Source: Candidatus Poribacteria bacterium
Lineage (GTDB): Bacteria; Poribacteria; WGA-4E; WGA-3G
Length of the DNA: 64,000 nt
Assembly (NCBI GenBank): GCA_022826805.1
Contig: JAJDUH010000062.1
Location: 66,060 to 130,059, forward strand
Direction: 5' to 3'
Shown here: piece after piece, positions 1 through 9,347 of the stretch
Layout of the letters: each line of letters begins with the position of its first letter
Position numbering within the stretch: the stretch's first letter is position 1
Made by a program: the position numbers and the translations under genes
Notes under the pieces: model-generated
Told to the model about the DNA's origin: nothing
The model's input: the letters and a program-made list of their open reading frames with translations, nothing else
Database searches by the model: none

Positions 1-314
1 AAATCAAAGAGGGTATCCGCTACACACCCAAGGGTGGTGAAGCGGAACCGCTCTTTTACACGCGTCCAGAGGGATACCCCCACAACAAGGTTGACCAACT
101 CGTCGGTTTGGTAAAGGGTGCGTACGATGTAAACTACACGTCTGGCGTCAACGGTGTCCGCACCAGTTGGTTGACAAATGCCATCCTTGAAGCAGGTAGA
201 GGGCCTGAGGCGAAGAACAAAGTCAATTGCGACGAACTTATCGAAAAAGAGGGTTATACCCGGCAGGACGTTTTAGCGTTCATCGAAGAATGTGCATCCA
301 AATCGTGTTACTAA
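1..314 (+). CDS. 3' end of an unidentified protein gene (5' part outside window)
   Basis: Frame 3 is open from the window edge to TAA at 312-314 (IKEGIRYTPKGGEAEPLFYTRPEGYPHNKV...ECASKSCY*). The listed 108-314 ORF is only its tail. No family recognised. Confidence 0.5.
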   Translation, partial: IKEGIRYTPKGGEAEPLFYTRPEGYPHNKVDQLVGLVKGAYDVNYTSGVNGVRTSWLTNAILEAGRGPEAKNKVNCDELIEKEGYTRQDVLAFIEECASKSCY

Positions 315-348
315 AGCACACAGACACTGATTTACGTAAGTTCCTGAA

Positions 349-2364
349 ATGAAACGATACGAAAAAAGGAGAAAGACCGTGAAACTCTTGGCACAACTCG
401 CAAACTTTCAAAAATTTGCTGTTAAAAATATAAAATATTACGGACTCATCGCTGTTATTTTAGTGGCGGGGTGGCAAATTGGATGTGTAGCTGGTAGTGG
501 ACTGCGGGCTGCAGAACAGCTTGCTGTAGAGAAAGACTATAGCGGTGCACTTGCGGCGTATCAAAGTATTGTAGATACCAAGCCCGGCACACCAGAAGCC
601 CGGCAAGCACAAGTCGCCATAGGTGAACTGTTGATTGAGCACATGAACCAGCCCGCAGAAGGTGTCAAAGCCTATGAGGCGGTTATCGCTGCTGCACCAG
701 AAAGCGATGAAGCAGCGGAAGCATATTACAATCTCGGCATGCACTATTATCGAGAAAAAGATTACAGCACTGCCCAGACCCAGTTTGACATAATTGTTAA
801 TAAATTTCCAAATCTGGAATTGAGTCACAATGCCCAACTGATGTTAGCAAAAAGCTTTGAGGACGCGAAGAATTTTGAACAAGCAGTAGAGATTTACGAC
901 AATTTTGCGAACCGTAATCCGAGAAGCGAACGTGCGGCGATAGCCATCGCTCGTAAAGGGCAGATCCAGAAAGACCACCTTAAAAACGAGGAAGAAGCGA
1001 AACGCACGTATCAATCACTCGTTAAAAGATATGGAAAGGTCGAAGGCACTGAAGAAGAAATTGAGAAAGCGAAGCAAGAGTTGACAGCACTCAAAGCCAG
1101 TATCCCAGAGCCAGACGATCCATTGGCAACGCAATACGGCAGAGCCTTGGCACAGCAGGAAGCGACCCGTGAACGAGACCGTCCACGCGGTGGCGTTGAG
1201 CGAAGCCGTGCAATGGGCAATATTGATCTTCAAGTTGCAGATTCTGGATTCGGGATTAGTGCCCCAGAAGTTATGCGGAACTTCGGTGGACAGGGTGGTA
1301 TCGCAGGTGATGAGCAGGGGAGTTACTTCGACGCAGAACTCATGATTGCAAGTTTCTTCTACGGAGATGAGAACTACCGTGACGCAGGGGCGTTATATTT
1401 CGATGCAATTGCCCGTGCGGAGTCTGCAAAAGTGAAAATCGACCCGTATGCTTATCTTCGTCTCTCAATTTGCTATCGAAAAGTCGGGATGCACCAACGG
1501 GCACGAGAAGTGCTTAAACAAGCAGCAAGGCGAGATGGTAGCGTTATCGAAGCAGTTATCGACACCGGACGCAATCAATATACCTCCGAATCCTACGAGA
1601 AAGCTTTGGAAACTTATAATTCCGTTATTGGAATGGCGAGGGGCAGGGACTCTGAGATTTACTGGTTAATTGCGTTGGTCCACAAAAAATTAGGTGAACC
1701 TGAAAAGGAACGTGAGGCTCTTGAACACTCTGTTGCTGCGAATACACAGAATGTTGATGCGCTGCAAAGCCTCGCCGAAGTGCTTCACTACCGGTTGAAG
1801 GACCGGAAAGCCGCCGCAATATTTCAGGATCTCGTCGATCAGAAAGGTGATTCATACATCGGATCCAAAACAGTCGGCGACCTAACCTACAAGTATGGAA
1901 ACTACGTCCAATCCCGTGCCAAGTATAGAGCTGCCGCTCGTACAGCAAAACGGTTACTTAACAAAGCTGAAAACAAAGCTGAAAAACGAGAACTTCGTCA
2001 TCAGATAATCTATGCAACTATTCTTGCTGCACGTGCGACCCATCATCTGAACAAAGCAGAAGATGCCCAAAACATGATTGATGAATTGGCAGTGGAGTAT
2101 CCCGAACACGCCTTGATACCTTACGGTAGAGGTGAATTGGCACTTCTCAATGGCGATACAGAAACCGCAGTTGCTGAATTCAAAGCGTCAATTGAGCAAA
2201 ACCCGGCCTCTGACATTGCCCTAATAGCTCTTGGGGAGTATTATGTTTCACAAGGCTATAACGATGATGCGATTGCTCTTTGGGAGGGTTATCTGACCAA
2301 TAACCAGTATAACCAGAACGTTCGACGTCGTCTTAAAAAGTTGACAGGTGAGGACGAAGAATAG
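349..2364 (+). CDS. Membrane-anchored tetratricopeptide (TPR) repeat protein
   Basis: 671-aa ORF. N-terminal hydrophobic segment (YYGLIAVILVAGWQIGCVAG) followed by many A..Y..A...P TPR-like units (AYYNLGMHYYREKDYSTAQTQFD, ALGEYYVSQGYNDDAIALWE). Confidence 0.8.
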   Translation: MKRYEKRRKTVKLLAQLANFQKFAVKNIKYYGLIAVILVAGWQIGCVAGSGLRAAEQLAVEKDYSGALAAYQSIVDTKPGTPEARQAQVAIGELLIEHMNQPAEGVKAYEAVIAAAPESDEAAEAYYNLGMHYYREKDYSTAQTQFDIIVNKFPNLELSHNAQLMLAKSFEDAKNFEQAVEIYDNFANRNPRSERAAIAIARKGQIQKDHLKNEEEAKRTYQSLVKRYGKVEGTEEEIEKAKQELTALKASIPEPDDPLATQYGRALAQQEATRERDRPRGGVERSRAMGNIDLQVADSGFGISAPEVMRNFGGQGGIAGDEQGSYFDAELMIASFFYGDENYRDAGALYFDAIARAESAKVKIDPYAYLRLSICYRKVGMHQRAREVLKQAARRDGSVIEAVIDTGRNQYTSESYEKALETYNSVIGMARGRDSEIYWLIALVHKKLGEPEKEREALEHSVAANTQNVDALQSLAEVLHYRLKDRKAAAIFQDLVDQKGDSYIGSKTVGDLTYKYGNYVQSRAKYRAAARTAKRLLNKAENKAEKRELRHQIIYATILAARATHHLNKAEDAQNMIDELAVEYPEHALIPYGRGELALLNGDTETAVAEFKASIEQNPASDIALIALGEYYVSQGYNDDAIALWEGYLTNNQYNQNVRRRLKKLTGEDEE

Positions 2365-2435
2365 ATTAGGGCGCGGTTTTTCAACAGCGTTTAGAGATTA
2401 TATTTTCCTATAATAATGATTTTTTTGAAAAAAAC

Positions 2436-2464
2436 TTGACCTTTTTTCGTTAATTAGGTATAAT
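2436..2464 (+). promoter_or_regulatory. Near-consensus sigma70 promoter upstream of rho
   Basis: TTGACC (2436-2441), 17-nt spacer, TATAAT (2459-2464). About 550 nt before the rho ATG. Confidence 0.6.
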
Positions 2465-3017
2465 TAACAATTAAGGTTCTTAACTTCCTAAGCGCGAGCA
2501 CACTTTAAAGACTTAATAAGTGGCATTTTTAGAGAAGCCACCTTCTCGCATGCATTGTGACAGCCATACAAACAGCATTTCCGCGGGCAACACTGCACCT
2601 ACTCCATCGATACCCTGTACATTCTGCATTTTGTTCCGTCGTACATTTCAACGGTAATTTCTCATGCACCAAGTTGGGGTGTCATACTGGCTTACCTACT
2701 TTGTAGGGCCCCGCCTTCGTGCGTCAGTCCTATACTGCTCTACTATAGACAGTGTAAGGAAACTCGGTAAATGCGGTTTTCAACCGTGCACCGAAAGCGA
2801 TAGAAACTGATTTCAGTAAATTATTCTATAGAATCAGCCCTGATTCCATTTTTAACCTCTTTTTTATCTCCCAATTTAGCGATAGTTTTCAAATTGCAAT
2901 AACATTTTGCAAACACGGCGCATGTAAGAGGGAATAAAGAATACGCTAGGTTGTTAGATGAATACCAGAGCGGAACGATTACTTTGGAACCGGGCACAAT
3001 GAGGAGTATTAGAAATT

Positions 3018-4349
3018 ATGGAGAGCTTGGACATTGGCAAGCTCCAAGAAATGGAGTTCTCAGAACTCAAAGACTTCGCACTGACACTCGGGATGAACGA
3101 ATACACCGGGTCTCGGAAAGAGGAATTGATTAACGAAATCATAGAGGCAAAATCTGACGGGGCTATTCAATTTTACGGTGGCGGTGTACTGGAAATCTTA
3201 GATGACCGGGATCAGCGCTACGGGTTTCTCCGTTCACCGCGTTCTAATTATCTGCAGAGCAATGAAGATATCTACGTATCCTCATCACAAATTCGAAGAT
3301 TCGATTTGCAGACGGGGCACGTCGTTGAAGGTGTGATTCGTCCACCTAAGAAGACGGAAAACAAAGCAGAACGCTATTTTGCTATGCTACAGATCGAGAA
3401 GGTCAACGGTGAAAAACCAGAAGCCGTAAAACAGAAAATCCTTTTCGATAACCTCACCCCCATCTATCCATATGAACAATTGCAACTGGAACACAATGAG
3501 GCAGAATTCGCGACCCGTATGGTGGATTTGATGTCCCCAGTTGGCAAAGGACAGCGTGGGCTGATTGTTGCGCCCCCTTACAGTGGCAAAACTACGTTGC
3601 TGAAGAATATCGCTGCTGGTATTGAATCGAATCATCCTGAAGTCTCCCTCATCTTTCTCCTGATTGACGAACGTCCGGAAGAAGTCACAGACGTCGCACG
3701 TTCTGTCAAAGGAGAGGTAATCAGCTCAACCTTTGATGAGTACCCAGAACGACACATTCAAGTTGCTGAAATGGCGGTTGAGAAAGCCAAGCGGTGGGCT
3801 GAGTATGGAAAAGATGTTGTCATCTTATTAGACAGTTTGACCCGACTCGCGCGAGCTTACAATTTAACGGCGCCACATAGCGGTAAAACGTTGACGGGTG
3901 GTTTAGATGCAATGGCACTTGTGAAACCACGTCAGTTCTGCGGTGCAGCGCGGAAGTTTGAAGAAGGTGGGAGTCTTACAATTATAGCGTCGGTACTCAT
4001 AGGCACCGAAAGCCGTGGAGACGAAGCTATCTATGAGGAATTTAAAGGCACCGCGAACATGGAGATCCATTTGGAACGTTCGCTGTTAGATCGCCGGATT
4101 TTCCCATCGATTAACCTTGAAAAGTCAAAAACACGTCGTGAAGAACTCTTGTTAGCCCCAGATGTACTTAACAAAGTCTGGGTCCTGCGAAAATTCACAA
4201 GTCAGATGGACAGTGCGGAATCACTTGAAATGCTCGTTGAACAATTTGGTAAGACTGGTACGAATGAGGAGTTTCTCGAACGGATGGTCGATAATGCCGG
4301 TTACAGCAGCAATACCTCAGCGAGAAACAACGCCCGTCTGAAAAGATAA
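3018..4349 (+). CDS. rho: Transcription termination factor Rho
   Basis: 443 aa. Rho N-terminal/RNA-binding region (YGFLRSP..NYL....DIYVS.SQIRRF.L.TG), Walker A (PPYSGKTTLL), LLIDERPEEVTD, DSLTRLARAYN. Confidence 0.97.
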   Translation: MESLDIGKLQEMEFSELKDFALTLGMNEYTGSRKEELINEIIEAKSDGAIQFYGGGVLEILDDRDQRYGFLRSPRSNYLQSNEDIYVSSSQIRRFDLQTGHVVEGVIRPPKKTENKAERYFAMLQIEKVNGEKPEAVKQKILFDNLTPIYPYEQLQLEHNEAEFATRMVDLMSPVGKGQRGLIVAPPYSGKTTLLKNIAAGIESNHPEVSLIFLLIDERPEEVTDVARSVKGEVISSTFDEYPERHIQVAEMAVEKAKRWAEYGKDVVILLDSLTRLARAYNLTAPHSGKTLTGGLDAMALVKPRQFCGAARKFEEGGSLTIIASVLIGTESRGDEAIYEEFKGTANMEIHLERSLLDRRIFPSINLEKSKTRREELLLAPDVLNKVWVLRKFTSQMDSAESLEMLVEQFGKTGTNEEFLERMVDNAGYSSNTSARNNARLKR

Positions 4350-4453
4350 GGATATTCTACACGCCCCCTGGTGCGTGTCTAAAGACTATTAAGAATTTTC
4401 TAACCGAATAGCAAATCAGCGATTCGGATATCTCAAATTTAAGGAAGGATATT

Positions 4454-4669
4454 ATGAAAGCCGAAATCCACCCCAAAATGGTAGAATGTGTGATCACATG
4501 TGTCTGCGGCGCAACCCATAAAACCCTTGCAATCCAACCAAGCATGCGAGTAGATATTTGTGGAAAATGTCATCCATTCTACACCGGGCAGCAAGCCCGC
4601 TTTATTGATACTGCTGGACGCGTTGAAAGCTTCCGCCGACGCTATGGGTTGAGCGAAGACGATAAGTAG
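4454..4669 (+). CDS. rpmE: 50S ribosomal protein L31 (Zn-ribbon type)
   Basis: MKAEIHPK...TCVCG...[12 protein letters not shown]. Typical size and position after rho. Confidence 0.95.
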   Translation: MKAEIHPKMVECVITCVCGATHKTLAIQPSMRVDICGKCHPFYTGQQARFIDTAGRVESFRRRYGLSEDDK

Positions 4670-4802
4670 AACATTATCCAACGGGAAAGGTCTCCGTGTC
4701 CCAATAACAATAGACGCGGGGAGATTTCTAAGAAAATAGTGATAAACATCTTTTACTTTCAACAGCTAATAGCAAGTTTCAACTTGCAAGTGGTGTCAAA
4801 AA

Positions 4803-5870
4803 ATGTTTGAAAAACTCAAGGATATCGAAACTAAATATGCCGAAGTTGAAAGATCACTGGGAGATCCAGTACAGATCTCAAATCAACAACGGTTAATGGA
4901 GTTATCCAAAACACATGCGGAACTTTCCCCGATCGTCTCCACATATCACGAGTATCAGCAGTTAGAATCTGCCCTCGAAGAGACCCTCCTGATGATAGAA
5001 TCAGAAACGGACGCGGAAATAGTGGGGTTAGTGCAAGAAGAATTGGAAAGCCTCACGGCGCAAAAGGAAGAACTAACAGAAGCACTGAAGCTGCTCCTGA
5101 TCCCGAAAGACCCAAACGATGAAAAGAACGTTATCATCGAGATTCGGGCAGGCACTGGTGGAGAAGAAGCCAGTCTCTTTGCAGCTGAGTTATTTCGAAT
5201 GTACACCCGATACGCGGAACGACAAAACTGGAAACTTGAAATCCTCAACTCAAATGCAACAGGATTGAAAGGTTTTAAAGAGATTGTCTTCTCAATCGAA
5301 GGTGCGGGGGCGTATAGTCAACTAAAATACGAGGGTGGCATTCATCGTGTACAAAGAATCCCAGCAACAGAAGCGAGTGGCCGCATCCACACCTCTGCTG
5401 CAACCGTAGCTGTCCTCCCCGAAGCAGAAGAACTCGATCTGGCGATAGATGAAGCGACCGAATTGCGAATCGATACCTACCGATCGTCAGGTCCGGGTGG
5501 GCAAAGCGTTAACACAACCGATTCGGCTATCCGGATTACACATATTCCAACGGGCCTGATTGTAACATGCCAAGATGAGAAATCTCAACACAAGAATCGC
5601 TCCAAAGCGATGAAAATTCTCCGTGCCCGTCTCCAAGAGAAAAAACAGTCTGAACTTAACAGTGAAAGAGCAGAAACGCGTCGTTCAATGGTTGGGAGTG
5701 GGGACAGGAGCGAGAAGATTCGCACTTATAATTTCCCGCAATCCCGGATCACGGATCACCGAATCCAATTCAGTTCCTATCAATTAGACTCCGTTTTAGA
5801 TGGGGATTTACAGGCATTTATTGATCAATTGACAACCGCCGACCAAGCAGAGAAGTTGAAAGAGGCTTGA
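4803..5870 (+). CDS. prfA: Peptide chain release factor 1
   Basis: 355 aa. PAT tripeptide (RIPATEASGR), GGQ motif (SGPGGQSVNTTDSA), followed by prmC. Confidence 0.97.
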   Translation: MFEKLKDIETKYAEVERSLGDPVQISNQQRLMELSKTHAELSPIVSTYHEYQQLESALEETLLMIESETDAEIVGLVQEELESLTAQKEELTEALKLLLIPKDPNDEKNVIIEIRAGTGGEEASLFAAELFRMYTRYAERQNWKLEILNSNATGLKGFKEIVFSIEGAGAYSQLKYEGGIHRVQRIPATEASGRIHTSAATVAVLPEAEELDLAIDEATELRIDTYRSSGPGGQSVNTTDSAIRITHIPTGLIVTCQDEKSQHKNRSKAMKILRARLQEKKQSELNSERAETRRSMVGSGDRSEKIRTYNFPQSRITDHRIQFSSYQLDSVLDGDLQAFIDQLTTADQAEKLKEA

Positions 5871-5896
5871 TACACGCCGACTAAGGAATCTCAATC

Positions 5897-6793
5897 ATGC
5901 CTAATAAGATATGGCGTGTCATGGACTTACTCGACTGGACCTCTGGATACTTCGAACAGCACGGTATCCCAAATCCGAGATTAGACGCTGAGGTCCTGCT
6001 CGGACATCTGTTAGACAAAAGTCGCTTGCAACTCTACCTCCACTTTGAAATGCCGGTCTTCCAAGAACACCTGACGCCATTTCGGGAACTGATCAAAAGG
6101 CGGATCGAGCACACCCCTGTCAGCTACATAACGAATCGCAAAGAGTTTCTATCTTTAGACTTTTATGTTGATGAACGGGTCCTGATTCCCAGACCGGAGA
6201 CAGAACAACTCGTCGAAACAGTTCTGGCAACAAACACAGATACCCCACAGCGGCTGCTCGAACTCGGCACGGGGAGCGGTGTTATCGCTACCAGTCTCGC
6301 AGTCCATCAAGCAGAGTGGGATATTGTTGCAACCGATATATCTGAACCAGCACTGGCAGTTGCACAGAAGAATGCGGAAGCACATGCGTGTACAACACAG
6401 ATTACATTTATGTCGGGCGACTTGTTTGAGCCGATAAAGATGATTGATATACCTGAAAAGAGACAATTTGATTGGATAGTTTGCAATCCACCCTATATCA
6501 AAAACGTGGAACGGGACAGCCTCAGTCTGGATGTCCGAGACCATGAGCCTGAGATTGCCCTTTTTGCAGGTGACGATGGTCTTACTGTGATTCGCCGGTT
6601 AATCTCGGAAGCGCCACAATATCTCTCACCGAACGGAAAACTACTTTTTGAGATTGGTGCCACGCAAGCTGAGTCGGTTTGTGCTCTCATCAATGCTGAA
6701 CCTGCTTATTGCAGATACGAATTCCTCAAGGACTACGCGAAAAAAGATCGCCTCGTTCTCGCCAGTGTGCCTTCGGCGCATATTCCTGTGTAG
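5897..6793 (+). CDS. prmC: Release-factor glutamine N5-methyltransferase PrmC/HemK
   Basis: SAM motif LELGTGSGVIA and NPPY motif (VCNPPYI). Canonical position after prfA. Confidence 0.92.
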   Translation: MPNKIWRVMDLLDWTSGYFEQHGIPNPRLDAEVLLGHLLDKSRLQLYLHFEMPVFQEHLTPFRELIKRRIEHTPVSYITNRKEFLSLDFYVDERVLIPRPETEQLVETVLATNTDTPQRLLELGTGSGVIATSLAVHQAEWDIVATDISEPALAVAQKNAEAHACTTQITFMSGDLFEPIKMIDIPEKRQFDWIVCNPPYIKNVERDSLSLDVRDHEPEIALFAGDDGLTVIRRLISEAPQYLSPNGKLLFEIGATQAESVCALINAEPAYCRYEFLKDYAKKDRLVLASVPSAHIPV

Positions 6794-6823
6794 ATTTGCA
6801 GTTAAAGTGTGGAGATTTGAAAA

Positions 6824-7228
6824 ATGCGTCAGTCAACTGACTATGATGATTTACAAATCCATATCCGTACGTTAAAAACGCCTCGAATTGAGACGTGGCA
6901 TAACGAATATCATCACCGAGATTACACAATCGAGATTACCAACTTAGAGTTTACCGCCGTATGCCCTAAAACGGGATTGCCGGATTTCGCGACACTCTGC
7001 ATCACTTATGTGCCAGACGAGGACTGTGTCGAACTGAAATCGCTGAAAGAGTACTTTCTTTTTTATCGGGATGTGGGTATTTTTCATGAACACGTGGTGA
7101 ATAAAGTGCTTGAGGATTTTGTTGAAGCGTGCCGCCCACGGAAGGTAGAAGTCGTAGGGGATTTTAATATCCGTGGTGGTATTAAAACTGTTGTGCGGGC
7201 AAGTTATCAGAAACCGACACAACAGTAG
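6824..7228 (+). CDS. queF: NADPH-dependent 7-cyano-7-deazaguanine (preQ0) reductase, short type
   Basis: 134 aa. Catalytic Cys motif CPKTGLPDF and QueF motif ELKSLKEYFLFYR. Confidence 0.9.
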   Translation: MRQSTDYDDLQIHIRTLKTPRIETWHNEYHHRDYTIEITNLEFTAVCPKTGLPDFATLCITYVPDEDCVELKSLKEYFLFYRDVGIFHEHVVNKVLEDFVEACRPRKVEVVGDFNIRGGIKTVVRASYQKPTQQ

Positions 7229-7250
7229 GCACGCTATGGAACGTGCCTAC
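7225..7250. terminator. Hairpin between convergent queF and the oxidoreductase gene (possible bidirectional terminator)
   Basis: GTAGGCACG (7225-7233), 8-nt loop, CGTGCCTAC (7242-7250). No clear U-tract. Confidence 0.35.
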
Positions 7251-7275
7251 ACGAATCTTGTCAAATAGATTTGCT

Positions 7276-8304
7276 TTATACAATAGGGACGGAACATCCT
7301 ATCCGAGCGGATTCATAGATGGCATCGAAGATTTTTGCCACATTCAAGACCTCTTCTGCTGGTACCGGAGAGGGTAAATCCTCTCGAACAGCTTTGTGGA
7401 ACGATTCAAATTCACTCGGTAAGCCTGTGAGAAGTTTCGGTGTGTAATTGACCATCTCATCTTTCTTATCGAGATAAATTTGGAGTGGCTCATAAGTTGC
7501 ACCGGCTAAATCACCGATGAAGAAGGTGCCGCCGATATTTTCAATATGCGATGCCCAAGCAGTTTCCAAGGTTACTGTCAAACCACCTTCAAAACGGATT
7601 GTGCCCATCGCGAAATCTTCGACTTCAAATTCTTCAGGGTTCCACTTCCCCCACGGATTAATGACATTCTCTCTATGTCCAAACTTCTTGACCGCCACTC
7701 CAAAAGCTTCAACAGGTTTTGGGCAACCAATCATCCAAAGTAAGACATCAAGGATATGCACACCGATATCAATCAACGGACCACCACCTGCGATGGCTTT
7801 ACTAAGAAATGATGGAGAGGCGGGCACACCGCGTCGCCGCACCGACATTGCGCGTGCGTAATAGATGTCGCCAAAAAATCCTTCGTCGTAAAGTTTTCGC
7901 AACGTACAAGCCTCAGCACGGAACCGAGATTGTAGCCCAATCTGTAGCACTTTGCCACTGGCTTTTTGGGCATCCACCATTGTCTGTCCGTCAACAGCAT
8001 TCGCAGCAATGGGTTTTTCACAGATAACGTGTTTTCCAGCGTTCAAGGCAGCGATAGTGGGGCCTGCATGGAAGTTGTTTGGCGTACAGACACTCACTGC
8101 GTCCAGTTCATCCATTGCAGCTAATTCCTCATAATCACTGAAAACATAAGGAATGTCGTGCTTTTTCGCGAATGCTTTTGCGCGGGATTCGTCAATATCG
8201 CATGCGGCAACAATTGACACACCTTTGACGCTCTGATGACCTGGGAGATGCTTACCTCCAGCAATGCCACCACACCCAACAATACCGACTTTAACTTCTT
8301 TCAT
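7276..8304 (-). CDS. Gfo/Idh/MocA family NAD(P)-dependent oxidoreductase
   Basis: N-terminal Rossmann motif VGIVGCGGIAGGKH, EKP motif (VICEKPIA), family-typical length of 342 aa. Confidence 0.88.
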   Translation of the reverse strand: MKEVKVGIVGCGGIAGGKHLPGHQSVKGVSIVAACDIDESRAKAFAKKHDIPYVFSDYEELAAMDELDAVSVCTPNNFHAGPTIAALNAGKHVICEKPIAANAVDGQTMVDAQKASGKVLQIGLQSRFRAEACTLRKLYDEGFFGDIYYARAMSVRRRGVPASPSFLSKAIAGGGPLIDIGVHILDVLLWMIGCPKPVEAFGVAVKKFGHRENVINPWGKWNPEEFEVEDFAMGTIRFEGGLTVTLETAWASHIENIGGTFFIGDLAGATYEPLQIYLDKKDEMVNYTPKLLTGLPSEFESFHKAVREDLPSPVPAEEVLNVAKIFDAIYESARIGCSVPIV

Positions 8305-8325
8305 TCTTGTACCCTTTAACTTGTA

Positions 8326-9174
8326 TTAGATTGTCACGGTTTGGGGAGCCTGTGCCAAGTCCAGGTTGTGCGACTTCGCCCATTCTTCTCCAGCCCAATG
8401 AACGCCGTTCGGATCTTCTCTGCCTTTCGTATCTGTGGATGCACCAAGGAACTGCCGACCAAGGTCGTCCAGGCCCTTCACCAATTTCGCTTCGGGTTGT
8501 AGCGTATCGTTGTAATATCGTAGATAATAATCAGGTTTAACCCAACGATAGTGGTACCCATAAATGACTACTTTAGAGATATTTTTTCTGAAATTCAGAC
8601 CGGCAGCATGGTAGATACGGCTTTCAAATAGAAACGCATCACCTGCCCGGAGCAATGGTTCATCATATACCGGCGGATCGACCTCACCTTCAGGGATGTG
8701 CAACGGTTCCTGCAATCTATTGCTTTGCCGGACAAACCACGTCGCCCCTGAGTTTGGAACGCTGAAATCCGTTAAGCAATAACCTACCTTCAAACCGACG
8801 CGAGGACAGCCTTCGTGTCCAACATCCAAATGTACACCGACATCTCGATGCCAGTTGCGGTTGTCGGGTTTCTCAGGTGCCTGCGGGTGTTTGTAGATAA
8901 GTGCGGTATTCGTAATGTGGATATTTGTACCGAGTAACTGAAGAATCAACGGCACTGCTTTTGACTTTGTTGCCAGATCGGCAAATGCGGACTCTTGAAC
9001 TAAGCCATACCGTCGGTGTGCGTAATAGCCGTGGTATTCAAATGACTCCATGAGTCGATCACCGGTTTTGATCAAGCGACCAACCATCTCACTATCAATC
9101 GCGGAACGCACGATGAGATAGCCGTTGTTATCAAATTCTTGACTTTGTGCCTCTGTCAATTGAACAAATTCCAT
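8326..9174 (-). CDS. Phytanoyl-CoA dioxygenase (PhyH) family Fe(II)/2-OG oxygenase, paralogue 1
   Basis: 282 aa. F..NGY..V..... N-terminus, WHRD...D metal motif, late H (IYHAAG). Paralogue of 21646-22461. Confidence 0.75.
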   Translation of the reverse strand: MEFVQLTEAQSQEFDNNGYLIVRSAIDSEMVGRLIKTGDRLMESFEYHGYYAHRRYGLVQESAFADLATKSKAVPLILQLLGTNIHITNTALIYKHPQAPEKPDNRNWHRDVGVHLDVGHEGCPRVGLKVGYCLTDFSVPNSGATWFVRQSNRLQEPLHIPEGEVDPPVYDEPLLRAGDAFLFESRIYHAAGLNFRKNISKVVIYGYHYRWVKPDYYLRYYNDTLQPEAKLVKGLDDLGRQFLGASTDTKGREDPNGVHWAGEEWAKSHNLDLAQAPQTVTI

Positions 9175-9347
9175 CAGCCTCCTCCTTTATGCTTCAAAAC
9201 GTAGTAGGTTGATAGACACGTGCAAATATGCTATCATAAATGTAAAAGGAAGTCTACTAATATAGTTGTCAGTTCTCGGTTTTCAGTTGGCTGTTAGGGA
9301 TGAGAAAGCATCGGGATTTAGATACCCCTCTTAGAGGGTTATAAGTT

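Noticed and set aside
2465-3017. Known housekeeping ncRNA (RNase P RNA, tmRNA, SRP RNA, 6S) in the long gap before rho
   Set aside because: None of the conserved cores I know (GAGGAAAGUCC, the tmRNA tag/3' CCA end, the SRP GGAA/AGCA loop) are present. It is better explained as a rho leader.
4359-4381. Hairpin after rho (acacgc...gcgtgt) as an intrinsic terminator
   Set aside because: The stem is only 6 bp and there is no U-tract. rpmE follows in the same direction, so read-through is likely.
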